Positions 1 through 13,432 of a DNA stretch of 64,000 nt are shown in pieces (the first letter of the stretch is position 1; each line of letters starts with the position of its first letter). Below the pieces are notes generated by a model, which saw nothing but the letters and a program-made list of their open reading frames with translations, was not told the origin of the DNA and made no database searches. A program made the position numbers and the translations under genes. Source of the stretch: Azolla caroliniana. Lineage: Eukaryota; Plantae; Polypodiophyta. Location: positions 19,654,001 through 19,718,000 of the forward strand of contig JBHGNT010000006.1 of assembly GCA_043228905.1 (NCBI GenBank), in the 5' to 3' direction.

Positions 1-1797
1 GGAGGTCACGTAGTAGTTGCCGAAGCTAGATGGCTTCACGTGTGGCATTGGTAGCGCCCTGGTACTCAACCTCAATGCTCAACAGAGCCACAATTGGCTG
101 CTTTTTGCTGCTCCTCACAACAGCTGCGCTACCACGAGAAAACATGTAACCGGAGGTGGATCGACGATCCAATGCATCACCAACCCAGTTGGCATCGGTA
201 TATCCGACTAGCTTCCCAGTTATACCGTGTCGGTATAACAGTCCCTGATCCTTCGTGCTGCTAACATACCAGAGTATCTGGTGTGCGCACTGAAGGTGCT
301 CGACGGTTGGCTTCTGCATGAACTGGCTGATCACTCCGATCGGGTAACTAATGTCGGGTCGAGTGATTGTCAGGTATATGAGGCTTCCGACAATTTGTCG
401 GAACCATTTCTCATCGTAGGCCGGTCCGGAGTCTGGACTTATCTTCAAGTTCCGGTCCAGGGGTGTAGAGATCAACCGACATTCTGTCATGCCGAACTTG
501 TACAACATATTCAACACATAATAGCGTTGTGAGAGAAATATGCCATCGGGGGTTCGGATCACCTCGATCCCAAGAAAGTAATAAAGGTCCCCCAGGTCCT
601 TCATTTCAAATGCGTCTGACAGCTGGGACTTCACTCAGCCAATTTCAACGAGTCCGGATCCGGTGATGACCAAATCATCTACATAAAGCAAAATGCAAAC
701 CGGACCATCCAGACCGTTTCGGATGAACAATGAAGAGTCAGACTTTGAGGCTGCAAACCCCATCTTACGCAACTGGTGCATGATCTTCGCATTCCAAGCT
801 ATAGGGGCTTGCTTTAGACTGTAAAGCAACTTCTTGAGCCGGCATACCGCCGATTTGTTCATCTCCGATTGAAAATTGGGGAATTGGATCATATAGACAT
901 GTTTTTCAAGATCACCTTGAAGAAATGCATTCTTCACGTCCATTTGGTGAAGATGCCACCCCCTTGCTGCAGCAATCCCTAGTTCTACATGAACCGTTGT
1001 CATCTTCGCTACCGGAGCGAATGTCGCGTCGTAGTTGATTCCATGAGTCTACGCATATCCCTTCGCCACTAACCGGGCCTTGTACCGGTTAACCGAACCG
1101 TCAACATTGTACTTTACCTTGTACACCCAATTACATCCGATCGGTTTACAGTGTCGAGGAGGGTCAATGAGGTCCCATGTGTCGTTGGCATCAAGTGCTC
1201 GCATTTTTTCCTCCATAGCGGCACGCCAATTTGCATCCTTTGCCGCTTTTGCGTAGCTCTCTGGCTCACGCATTTCCGCCACTTTGGTCATGTACGCATA
1301 GTGATGCACCATGTACTCATTGTACCCATACCGCGTAACGGGGTTCTTTTGGCGGGAAGACCGGCGTAACTTGTCATCACCCAGTTTGGGGCCCTTCTTG
1401 GCCGGTTCAGACTTCGTTCCCAAAGATCCGCCTTCATCCTTTCCGGAGTCAGATCCACTTTGATCCGACTCTTCACTACCAGTGTCGTATTCCAGCATCT
1501 TCTTCTTCCCCTTCTCTTTGCGCGTGAACCATCTCCTCGGTTCCTTGCGCGGAGAGAGCACGACAGAGTTTCCACTACTCGCCGGTTGCTCATCCGACTG
1601 GTCACTTTGACCCAGTCGTTCATTCAGTCTGCTCAACCAAAACGATTCCGGACTCTCTTCTAGACTCTCAAGCTCGTCATCTTCTATCTAGACTGGTTCA
1701 TGCTCACTAGCCTCATCTTCCGAAATCGGGTCTTCGTCGGGAGTTGGAGTCGGTAGGGTGTACCATGATGCCGACTTATCAAACTCGATATCTCGAC
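1..1797 (-). mobile_element. Ty1/copia internal region (integrase C-terminus, RT, RNase H), decayed; left part of an element split by the insertion at 1798-17244
   Basis: ORFs 1049-1636, 635-1003 and 26-634 carry [26 protein letters not shown] and GYTDANW..RRSTSGY, broken by stops. Near-identical to the copia at 40943-46487. Confidence 0.95.
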
Positions 1798-2844
1798 CCT
1801 AGGGACTCCACTATACATAAGAAGGTTGTATCACGTGCGTTCATGACATCATTTATAAACCCCTTATACGTATGGTTTTTACTATTTTAGTAACCCTTCT
1901 GTAGAAAAAATATTAATAAAAATACCCCTTATTACCAATATATTTTTTGATAACCACCCATTTTAAATACCCTTACATATAAAATATACATGCACACATA
2001 GGTTGCAATCCTAGAAGGGATCAATGACCATCTTTACAATTGATGACTCGCAAAATTATGAATCGACATTAAACATCATATGCAAATTCCTAGAAATGCT
2101 TCATTAAGTGCCACATAGATTGAAAACACAATGTGTAGTACAAAGTAATGTACACACAATTAGGAAACATTACACAAAAACACTACAGGTATAACATATA
2201 CATGCCACATATAAGTTTTTGTTTTTAGTTTATTGAGACGTATGAAGAACATTGAGCGATAAAAAACAATGTAATTTACAATAAAACAATCTTGAACTTA
2301 ACACATACATCTCAAAGAGCACATATGGAACAATCCAAAATGCATATCAATAATGAAATTACTAACAAATCAACATTATGTTTGGTTTCATGGATATAGA
2401 CTCATATAAAGCCATAATATTATTTTTTCTCAAACACATTGATCAAACAAATGGCAACCTACTTCATATTTCCATTTGAAATGTAAGACATCATCTATTC
2501 ACATACTCTTACCCAAATCAAAATGAAATAAAATAAATCATTTTGTTATTGCAATATCTACTTAAAAAACTTATTACAATAAAGGTTACCCTTATAAAGA
2601 CTGAGTATATAAAAAGAAAACCCTAAGAAGTTCATTTTAGGCTGTAAATTTCATGTCGTTTCCATCTTCAACATTGGACCTATATCATAAAATGTAACAA
2701 CAAAAGCAAGAAATCTTAATATACATGGAAGTAAAGAAATCAGAAAATATATTTGGAATACCGTAGGTTTATATTTGGTTTCTACTCTTTTCTCCTTTTC
2801 CTGTTAAAATAAAAAGCATAAATATTAAGTTACTTTAATATATA

Positions 2845-5060
2845 TTATATATGTACATGTATGCAAGTATATAATTCAAAACAGCTTATATATACATACC
2901 TGGATTTCATTTCCAAAAGAAAATCGTTGAAAACTTTACAATCGCTTTCATCTAATAGATAGTTATCACATTTTGCATTATATGTGAGGTTCGTTAATCC
3001 AATAATTGACTCAAAGTCAACCATTTTAATATCTGTCAAATCATATGCAAATAATCTACTCCCCTTAATCCTCCTATACCAACCAAGTTGTAATTGAACA
3101 TCTTCAAGCCTATCCATCAAGTCAATTCCTCTCTTATACTCCACAAATTTATTTCCAATCTTTCTTCGCATCCTTTGTACTCGTCCTAAGTACCAAACAA
3201 CATTTTTATTTGATATTCCTTTTCTTTTCAGTCTTGTTGAATTAACATCTTCTTTAGTAAAGAATACAACACAATCTGAACCAATCCCAATTAGGTTCCC
3301 ATTTCCATTTAGGAAATCATTTGCATTCTCACATGAGTAGAAGACGCCTTCTCTTACACATGTGAGTCTATCCTTTGACAATGTTGGATTACCATTTAGA
3401 TGACACACAAGTGTCGATTTAAATATAATCTTATCATCCACTTGAACAAATGAAGAGACTTTAGAGTTCACATTGTTGTCATCCAATATAGCATCCAATT
3501 CACGGCGAATTTCACTTATTACAATCTCATCATCATTCTCCACACATTCATGCATTGTGAAGTTTTTATTGTGTTAAGCACATTCTTCATCATCTTTCTC
3601 TCCATATATATAACTCAAGGATTGTTTTGTCTCAATCCCGGGATAATTCCACCATTGCCCATTGTGTTTAGGCTTCATATTTAACGACTCACATAAAATT
3701 TGGGCTTCTTTTAAACCTTCTTTAAGTGCAAAAACAAGTTGATCATCATTTGAGATATCAATGTAGTTTTTTAAGTTTGCAAGAGGCTTGTCATGCATGA
3801 ATTGAGTTTAGACCATATTGATTCTTGCTTCATATGAGCTCTTGGAAAAACCAATCCATTATCAATGCACTCAAATTTGGCAAGCTTGTTTACATTTCCA
3901 CTACAATGCAAAACATCTGGTATATCAAACGCACGCTCCATACCAATCATTCCCCCTATTTTACTAAAAAATATCTCAGCTCCATCAGACCCTGTGAGAT
4001 GCAATGGACATTCTAGTTATGGATAAAAGTCACGAAACATTTTTATAAGTAAAACTACAAAGTGACAAGATATTTGTACATCCAAAAATGTTTCTCGACT
4101 AATGAAATTACTTTTTAAGTTATAAATTGGATTATCTAGACTCCATAATCTCCATATTTGAAAGAAGAATGCAACTTTAGATGCAAGTACCACACGCTTG
4201 AATAAGCTCTCATGAGGGGATAGAAAAATATCAATATAGTCACCTAATATATGCAAGTATACATGTGTTCCCAAAGCGCCTCTTTCTCTTACTTTGACAC
4301 CTTCTCCACCTTGGTATAACATCTTTAAACAATTAGTAACATTTCTACTTGCAATTCTTTGAGCTCCAGCCCAATTTTGTCTATCTTCTCTCGTAATATC
4401 ACATTCCCTTAAGCCATGTGCATCAATAGAGAAGTTATTATATACCAAAGACACATGATTCAATGTGATCCATACATCCCCAATTACTAATTGTCTTGAG
4501 GGATTATCTAGTGCATTCACAAGTTTCTTTCCATTATGGATGAAATCTTGATCATGAAGACAACTTACCATATTATTATGCATTTGACCTGTGAAGATCC
4601 AACCATCCCAAGGCAATTTATATCTTAAGCATATGCTTGGGGTTAAGTAATCTTGAAGCATAATCTTTCTTCTCCTACTATCTCCATCAGATGCATGTCC
4701 AACAATTGGCCCAATACTTGTGGAGAGGTGTTTTTCCCATAAAGTTTCCACTTCATTCCATTGGCATTTTACAAAATCTGTATTAAAGCAATTACATGTA
4801 CATTGTACAACCGATACTAATCGTGGAAGTTTAGGGTGAAGAGGATTCGCAATTAACACCCTAGCATAGTGTCCAACCACATAATCTTTAAAGGAGCTAA
4901 CAATGGTTTCATAACCAGCATTAGAGTCACCCACCTTTATCATACATGATGAGACACATTGATGATTGGATGACTTCAGCCCACAAAAACCCAAAAGTAA
5001 ATCATTTGAGCTATCCCACTTAACATTCCGCTTAATCACAGTCCCATCCTCAACAATATG
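2845..5060 (-). pseudogene. P-element/THAP9-like DDE transposase, N-terminus missing, with 2 in-frame stops and 1 frameshift
   Basis: ORFs 4017-5168, 3771-4004, 3574-3798 and 2845-3555 join up. Motifs occur in P-transposase order: EDGTVIKRNVKWDSSNDLLLGF, ASDGDS, DQDFIHNGKKLVN (DxxHxxK), DRQNW, GSDGAEIFFSKIGG. Confidence 0.75.
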
Positions 5061-5333
5061 TTTGTGTGTGTGTATGTATGTTCCATACAACATATATATG
5101 TGTCCATATGTGTATGTATATTCTACACGTGTGCGTATGTGTGTGTGTTTATGTATGTATGTGTGCACATATTGTATTGTATGTATGTGTTATATGTGTA
5201 AATGTGTATGTATGTAAGTGTATATATGTGTATATAGGTATGTGTGTATGTATGTTCCATACAACATATATGTGTGTGTGTATGTATGTTCCATACAACA
5301 TATATATGTGTCCATATGTGTATGTATATTCTA

Positions 5334-5398
<65 letters not shown>

Positions 5399-7113
5399 AT
5401 GTATGTATGTGTTATATGTGTAAATGTGTATGTATGTAAGTGTATATAGGTATGTGTGTATGTATGTTCCATACAACATATATGTGTGTACATGTGTGTA
5501 TGTATATTCTACACATGTGTGTGTGTGCGTGTTTATGTATGTATTGTTTGTATTCCATGTGTATGTATGTATGAGTGTACATATTGTATTGTATGTATGT
5601 GTTATATCTGTAAATGTGTATGTATGTGTATATAGGTATGTGTGTATATATGTACATATTGTATTGTAATGTATTAATTTCGTTTATTGTATGTATGGCC
5701 CGTGTGTGTGTGTGTGTCTAAGAATTTATGTGTTGGTTTATGTATGTATGTATGTGTGCATTATATGTGTATATAGGTATTGTATGGATTGTATGCATGT
5801 TGTATAGGTATGTGTGTATTATGTACATATTGTATTGCATTTTATTTAATTGCATTTATTATATGTATTTCATGTGTGTGTTGTGTATTATGTTTGTGTG
5901 TGTGTATGTATGTTCCATACAACATATATATGTGTCCATATGTGTATGCGTATTCTTCACGTGTGTGTGTGTGTGTTTATGTATGTATGTGTTATATGTG
6001 TAAATGTGTATGTATGTAAGTGTATATAGGTATGTGTGTATGTATGTTCCATACAACATATATGTGTGTACATGTGTGTATGTATATGTATTCTACACAT
6101 GTGTGTGTGTGTGTGTTTATGTATGTATTGTTTGTATTCCATGTGTATGTATGTATGTGTTATATGTGTAAATGTGTATGTATGTGTATATAGGTATGTG
6201 TGTATATATGTACATATTGTATTGTAATGTATTAATTTCGTTTATTGTATGCATGGCCCGTGTGTGTGTGTGTGTGTGTGTGTTTATGTATGTATGTATG
6301 TATGTATGTATGTATGTATGTATGTACATGTGTGTGTGTGGCTAAGAATTTATGTGTTGGTTTATGTTTGTACTTATGTGTACCTGTAAAATATTTGTAG
6401 AGTAGTTGTGGCAGCCCCAACAGAGAATAATGGTGAGCAAAAGCGGCACGACAAGGCGAGCGGTGGCGGCAAAACGAGAACAGAGGCGGCGGCAAAACGA
6501 GGACAAAAAGAAGGGGAGAAGAAGTAATCGCAGAAATGAGCAGAGAAGAGGAGGGAGCAAAGGAGGAGGCAGCAAATATCTAAATAAAAAAACATGAATG
6601 TTTGAATGTATGTTTAGTATGAATGTATGTTATGTATGTATGTGCACATAATGTATGCATGAATGAATGAATGAATATATATATATATGTAATGTATGCA
6701 TAAAATATGTATGCTTCAATGAATAAACATGAATGAATGAATATATGAATGTACATATGTAATATGTAATGTATGTATATTTGTATGTGTGTGGGTGGGT
6801 GTGGATATTTGTTTGTAATATGTATGTATGTGTATGTACATGTAGCAATGTATAAAAGATTGTATGTATGTGTATGCATATATGCATATGCAAATGTACA
6901 TGATTCAATGTGTATGGATGTGTGATTGTAATATGTGCATAATATCTATGTATATATATGTGTATGTATATGTAGCAATGTATAAATGAATATGTGTATG
7001 TCCATGTACGAATGTACATATGTGTATGCATATATCCATATGTAATGTGTGTGTATGTATAGAAGACTATATGTAGGTGTATATATATATATACGTATGT
7101 GTGTATATATCTA

Positions 7114-7146
<33 letters not shown>

Positions 7147-8927
7147 TGTATGTATGTATGTATGTATGTATGTATGTATGTGTATGTACATGTAGCAATG
7201 TATAAAAGACTATATGTATGTCCATGTATGAATGTATATATGTGTATGCATATATGCATATGTCATGTATGTATGTGTATGCATATATGCATATGCAAAT
7301 GTACAGGATTCAATGTGTATTGATGTGTGATTGTAATATATGCACAATATCTATGTAGATATCTGATGTATATATGTGTATGTATGTGTAGCAATGTATA
7401 AATGAAGATATGTATGTCCATATACGAATGTACATATGTGTATGCATATATCCATATCTAATGTATGTATGTATGTGTATGCATATATCCATATGACAAT
7501 GTACATGATTCAATGTGTATGGATGTGTGATTGTAATATTTATGTATATATCTAATTTATGTATATGTAGACAGTAGCAATATATAAATGAATATAGGTA
7601 TGTCCATGTATGAATGTACATACGTGTATGCATATATATGACAATGTACATGATTCAATGTATATGAATGTGATTGTAATATATGCATATGCAATGTATG
7701 TATGTAGACACATGAATGTACATGTATGCATGTACATATGTATATATATGTAATATGCAATGCATGTATGTTTGTATGTGTAATAGTGTACTATGCATAC
7801 ATGAGTGTGTTCATAATATTTATGTATGTGTAAGCATACATGTATGTATTGTAGTTGGTGATGAAATGTATGTATGTATGTGTATGTAACATATTTATGT
7901 GTATGCATGCATGTAATGTATGTATATATGTGTATGGATGTATGTTTGTAAAACTTTTAACATTGTAGGCATATGTACATATATATATGGTGATATGTGG
8001 AATATGTATGTACATATGTAATGTATGTATGTGTATGCATATATGTATATGTCAATATACATGATTTAATGAGTATGAATATGTTTGTAATATGTGCATA
8101 TATATCTAATGTATGTATGTATGTGTGTGTATGTGGTCATATATATGTAAATGTATGAATGTATGTACGTGTATATATGTAATGTATTTATGTATCTATA
8201 TTTTTGGGATATTTTCATGTTTAGTACATATGTATATGGCTCGTATATGGATGTATGTTTGTAATATGTACGTAATATGCATGTATATATCCAATGTATG
8301 TGTAAGTATACATATATCTAATGTTTGTTTGTTTGTGTGTGTGTGTGTGTAAGTATTGTGGTTTGTATGGTCTAGTATGATCTATACATATGGTGATATG
8401 TAGAATATGTATGTACATATGTAATATATCTATGTATGTATATATGTAATTTATGCATGTGTAAATTTGTATATTGTGTAATAGGTATGGATTATGTGCT
8501 ATGTAATATCTAATTTATTTATGTGTAAGTATACATATAGATATCTAATGTGTGTGTAAGTATACATATATATAATGTGTGTGTGTGTAGTATGTATATA
8601 TATAAGTATTGTGGTTTGTATGGTCCAGTATAATCTATACATATATATATATGGTGATATGTGGAATATGTATGTACATATGTAATATGTATATCTATCT
8701 ATGTATCTATATATGTATATATGTAATTTATGTATGTCTAAATTTGAATATTGTGTAATATATGCTATGTAATATCTAATTTATTTATGTGTGTGCACGT
8801 GTATATATATGTAATATATGTAACTTGTTTGTAAGTATGAAGATTTGTATATATATAGTATGTAATCTTAGCCTTTAGGTGTTAATATGTATGTGTATGT
8901 GTATACATACATATATATAATATGTAA
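5061..8927. repeat. Degenerate (TG)n/(TATG)n/(TA)n microsatellite tract with higher-order duplications
   Basis: Seen directly: pure (TG)n at about 5338-5396 and (TATG)n at about 7118-7180. Blocks beginning TATGTTCCATACAACATATA recur at about 5077, 5251, 5285, 5463, 5908 and 6043. Confidence 0.95.
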
Positions 8928-9118
8928 ATTTTTATTTTTTTTTCCAAAGTAAAGCTACTTTCTCATTAGTTAGGAAGGATTATTACATAGAGTCTATAAG
9001 GAGATTTATACACACATCGGGGAGACTTCCTCCGATCAAGCCAAAGAAGATGAGCCACTTACATTGCCTTGCGGCCTAACTTAATGTAAGAAGCTACCTA
9101 TGTCCAAGGCGATGCCCT

Positions 9119-12100
9119 TCAATGTTGCCTAGTATGAGTTGGCTCTTGGGGCCTACACCGAAGAGAGGGTGGCAGGTGAGTAGGAAACAACCAATGTGGG
9201 GGCTGGTAGTTCCACCTCGGGCCACTCCCGCCTTGCATCACCATAGGTGTGTTCCGCCATTTCTGCCAAAAGCGCAAACGGGCAGTGGTCACGTCGTTGG
9301 AGTGACTGCAAACCTCTTCCAGTTGCCCTCGTAGGCAGCTGATAAGCGCGAACCATATGTCCATGATCACTTCCTCCGGGGGCCGTACCGTACCTTGGAA
9401 GACCTTGAGGCAACACGCTTTCCATATATACCACAAGGTGAAACCTGCGATCAACATCCAGATTTCCGGAAACCTAGGGGATGCAGGCTGCAAGCCTCTT
9501 TCAAAACGGATCTTGACGATTTTGCCTCTCGTGCATACATAGCACCAACTATCTGCATTGACGGCGTCCGTCCACCCTTCGACCGAGTGATCAATCCATG
9601 CCGCAACGCTCCACGAGGCTGTTCCTTCAACTTCACATGCCACAAGGAGGCGAGTCACTCTATCCCATACCTTTTGAGCTTGAGGGCAATCCCACAAACA
9701 ATGTCTTAGAGACTCAATAGGTAGAGAGCACAGTGGGCAGCCTAACGGGCCGCCACGTTTATCTAACCATTCGCCAACGGTCACCACATTATGACCGATC
9801 TGCCACCAAAAGAGCTTAATCTTTTCAGGCATGTGGAGACGCCAAAGACCCTTCCAAAAGGCAATGAGCGCCTCATCGGGGATGCCCAATGTTCGCCAGC
9901 CGTTGTGAAGGGGGCCGCCTGGCTACAGCTGCAAAGTCCGACCCAATTTAGTGGTGTAATCGAAGAAGTGGTGGAGTCTATCGTCATGTTTCCATCTGAA
10001 ATCCCCGGGGTCCCAATCCAGATCGACAAGGGGGCGACAACCGTATACCCTTAACCTCCAATGGGGTTCCACCTTAGCAACATCCGGGTCTGTCTTCCAG
10101 ATGTTATCAATCTGTGCCACCACTCGGATTGGGTGCCAAGAGCCTCTGCTCTGGCTGTCCCCAAAAACTGTATCACTCCCCGATCCGCTCATGCCCTTTA
10201 GCGACTTGACCATTCCAGCCTCGTCAAAGAGACCGAACCATGCATGTTCTCTCGCCTCCCCCATCGGAACCCTGTCAACTGCCTCAGCTATCAGTCTCCG
10301 CATTTTCGTAGCTCCCTTGAGGGGAGGGAAAAGGTCCTCTTGGGCTCTTCCTGAATCAGCCATACGTCTCCAATCGTCTATAGATAGGAGGCCTGTTTGT
10401 GCCAACTTTCCCCATGCTAGGCCCTTAAGTTGCCCTAGCATCGCGTTGTCATTCGTTCGCACATGAGGATTCCAGAATAGTGGCTGTCTAGTCCATTCGG
10501 TCAATGTCTCCGGGGTGTGCTTGACCAAATGCTGTCGTATATGGCACCATGCCCGCAAGATGGAGTTCGTGATCCTGTCCTCCGGATGGCAAGCCAGCCT
10601 AGGTGGGACTCCGCTCGTGCAGCACCAATTCAAGGAGTCGGGCCAAGGCCTACCATACTTGGGAGTCCCTACTTGCAGCCTGTTGCGAAGAAGTACCTTC
10701 CAGCACCCCTCACCTGGCAGGAGGCAGCGAACCACCATTTTAGCCAGCAATGCACGACTCCGCATTAAGGGGTCTATGAGGCCAAGCCCCCCTTTGGCCC
10801 GCGGTTGCATTAACCAACACCATGAGACTCTGGCGGCAGCCCTTGGGTTGTCCTTACCTGACCATATAAAACCCCTAATGGCAGCCTTAATCGCGTGCAA
10901 ACCTGTAGGGTCCATAATCCAGCATGAGACTGAGTGCCACATGGTAGCGAGCAGCACTTGGTTTGCCACAAGGACCCTACCAGTGAAGGACAATTTAGAT
11001 CTACTCCACTGGTTCAACTTCTTACTTATTTTGGCTTGTACGTGGGCCAATTGCGCTCCCTTGGGGATTGACCTCCCCATCGTAAATCCAAGGTACTTGA
11101 AAGTCGTCCCACTAGGGACCCACGTAAAATCGGCATGGGGTTGCCATCTTGGTGTCCCCTGTTCGCTGAACCATAGACCTTGGGTTTTATTCCAATTGAT
11201 CTTGGCACCAGCCGCCTGACAAAAGTCCTCGACAAGATGTTCAGCCCGCTGTAAATTCTCCTCATCACCTTGCAAGAAAAGAACCGTATCGTCGGCATAT
11301 TCAGATAACAACAAATCTTCAGTCGCATTGGGGATGGGCAATCCCCACAACCCGCTAGTTGGTGCTTGTAAGTAGGCGGAGAAAGCCTCGGTTACAAAGA
11401 GATAGAGATATGGGGCTAGGGGACAACCTTGCCTCACTGAGCGTTGTAGTTGGAAGGCGGGTCCCCTAGATCCAGCCATCAGCACGCTACTCGTAGCTGT
11501 CCGATAGAGTGCAGAAGTGCAATTCCTCCATTTTTGAGGTAGGCCCAAAGCTCTCATCACATTTTCCAAAAAGGGCCATAACACCCTATCGTAGGCCTTC
11601 TCGAAGTCTAGCATCAGAATAGCCGAGCTCGATACGGAGCGACCGGCCAATGCCATAGCTTCCCAAAGAAGCAACACATTATCAAAGATACACCTGTTCT
11701 TGACAAACCCAGTTTGATTGTCGTGTATGATGTCCGGTAAGAAGCTTGCTAATCGCTGAGCTAGGACTTTAGCGAGTATCTTGTATGCCGTGTTAAGGAT
11801 CGTGATTGGACGCCATTGGCGCAACTCTAGGCTTCGCTCTTGGGATTTGGGGATGAGATATATCATCCCCTCAGCCAGACCAATCGACATCTTTCCTGAG
11901 GACCAAATCTCTTGGAACCCGGCTTCCAAGGACGGGATAACACATTCCCAATGAATCTCGAAGAAATCTCGTGAGAGACCATCGGGGCCGGGGCATGCAC
12001 CCCTTCGCAATCCCCTAAGTGCCTCCGAGAGCTCTAAACGAGAGATGGGACTATCGAGCACAACTTCCATCTCTTGGGTTACCTTGGGGTGAATGCAAGA

Positions 12101-13432
12101 CATCACTCGATCAGCCAGCTCCGAGTTTTGCCGCACATGCATAGGTGCAAGGAGGTCACGATAGTATTGTGTTGCCATTTCCAGAACCTCAGTCTTGTCC
12201 TCCGTTATTGAGCCGTCTGGTTTGCGCAGCCCGTGTATACGTCCACCGCCACCCTTGGGTGCCTTGTAGTGAAAGAAATGTCGGTTGACCTTGTCGTCTT
12301 TTCTAGCCCACCATGCTGCGTTTCTTCGAAACAACATTCGGTTCTTCTCCAAAGTCCTTTCCTGTACCTTCATCTTTGCTTCCTCTAGCTTAGTTCTAGA
12401 CCATTTGCAACCAGGGTCTACCTGTAACAGCCGTTGCGCTGCCGCAACGGCCTTCCTTAATTTTGTTTCAATGGCTCTAACCTGTTGGAGGGCGCGCTTG
12501 GTCTCTTGTTGTAAAAAGGAGGAGGAGAGGGCCAATTTTTTCTGCAGATCTTCGCTGGCTGATTCACTGCCCATGGTGTCCTGCCATATACTCTGTAAAC
12601 TGGCCTTCACCTCTTCACTCTTCATGATCTTTATGGGGATCTTTACATTGAGACTGCCCTTGCTATCGTTGGGTGGGTTAAGGTCTAGTCTCACCGGCTG
12701 ATGATCTGAAAAGGTAAGACCTGCCAAGATAGCAAAGGAGCCCCCGAGCTCTTCGAGGGATGAGCTGATGTATATGCGGTCTAGCCGTGCAAGACTACCG
12801 CCCCTAGCATTCCCGGGGGCTCTAGAAAAGTGCAACGAATGTGAGCTTCGCCTAAGGGAAGAGCCCCATGTATCCTTCACCCCGATTTTGCCAATTAGGA
12901 AAGCCCATGAATCCAGCTCCGCACCATAAATAGGCCTCTGGGTCCCTCCTTTCCTATCTCCCAGGTGTTCAGTCATGTTGAAATCACCTGCCATTACCCA
13001 AGCCTCGACATTAGGTAATGTTGTCGCTAGCATCCTCCAAAAGATTGCTCTCTCGGGGGCTGAGTTAGGGGCATAAATGTTTAGCACCCCAATCTGTAGG
13101 CGATTCTATTTCAGAAGCACGTATAAGGCCCGACCCTCCACCAGCGTGCCAGATGATGTTACTTCGTATCGGGCCTTATCGCTGATCGAGATGCAGACCC
13201 CTCCTCTTCGGTGGAGGTCACCCTGCGCAGCCAACCACCATGTGGTCCACCCACCCAACAAGGGGTTTACTAAGCTCTGAGTTCGCTCTTGCGAGAGGTG
13301 GTGTTCCTGCAAAAGCAATATGTCAATATGGCCCCCTATATTAAGGGGATTCAGCTCCTCCTGAAGTTTTCTACACTCTTGGTGTTGTCGGCCTCCACCA
13401 AGGCCCTGTACATTCCACGTTAGGATCCTCAT
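9119..13432 (-). pseudogene. LINE ORF2 (AP endonuclease, RT, zf-RVT) with two in-frame premature stops
   Basis: ORFs 13106-13432, 9923-13087 and 9119-9889 share one frame. Motifs: ILTWNVQGL, LQEHH, GDFN, SDH, WRPITILN, DFEKAYD, VRQGCPLAP, YADD, CPLC..E..RHCLWDC. Confidence 0.93.

Noticed and set aside
4966-8418. Many His/Thr/Tyr- or Cys/Val/Met-rich ORFs
   Set aside because: They are translations of TG/TA microsatellite. The first roughly 37 aa of ORF 4017-5168 are likewise spurious.
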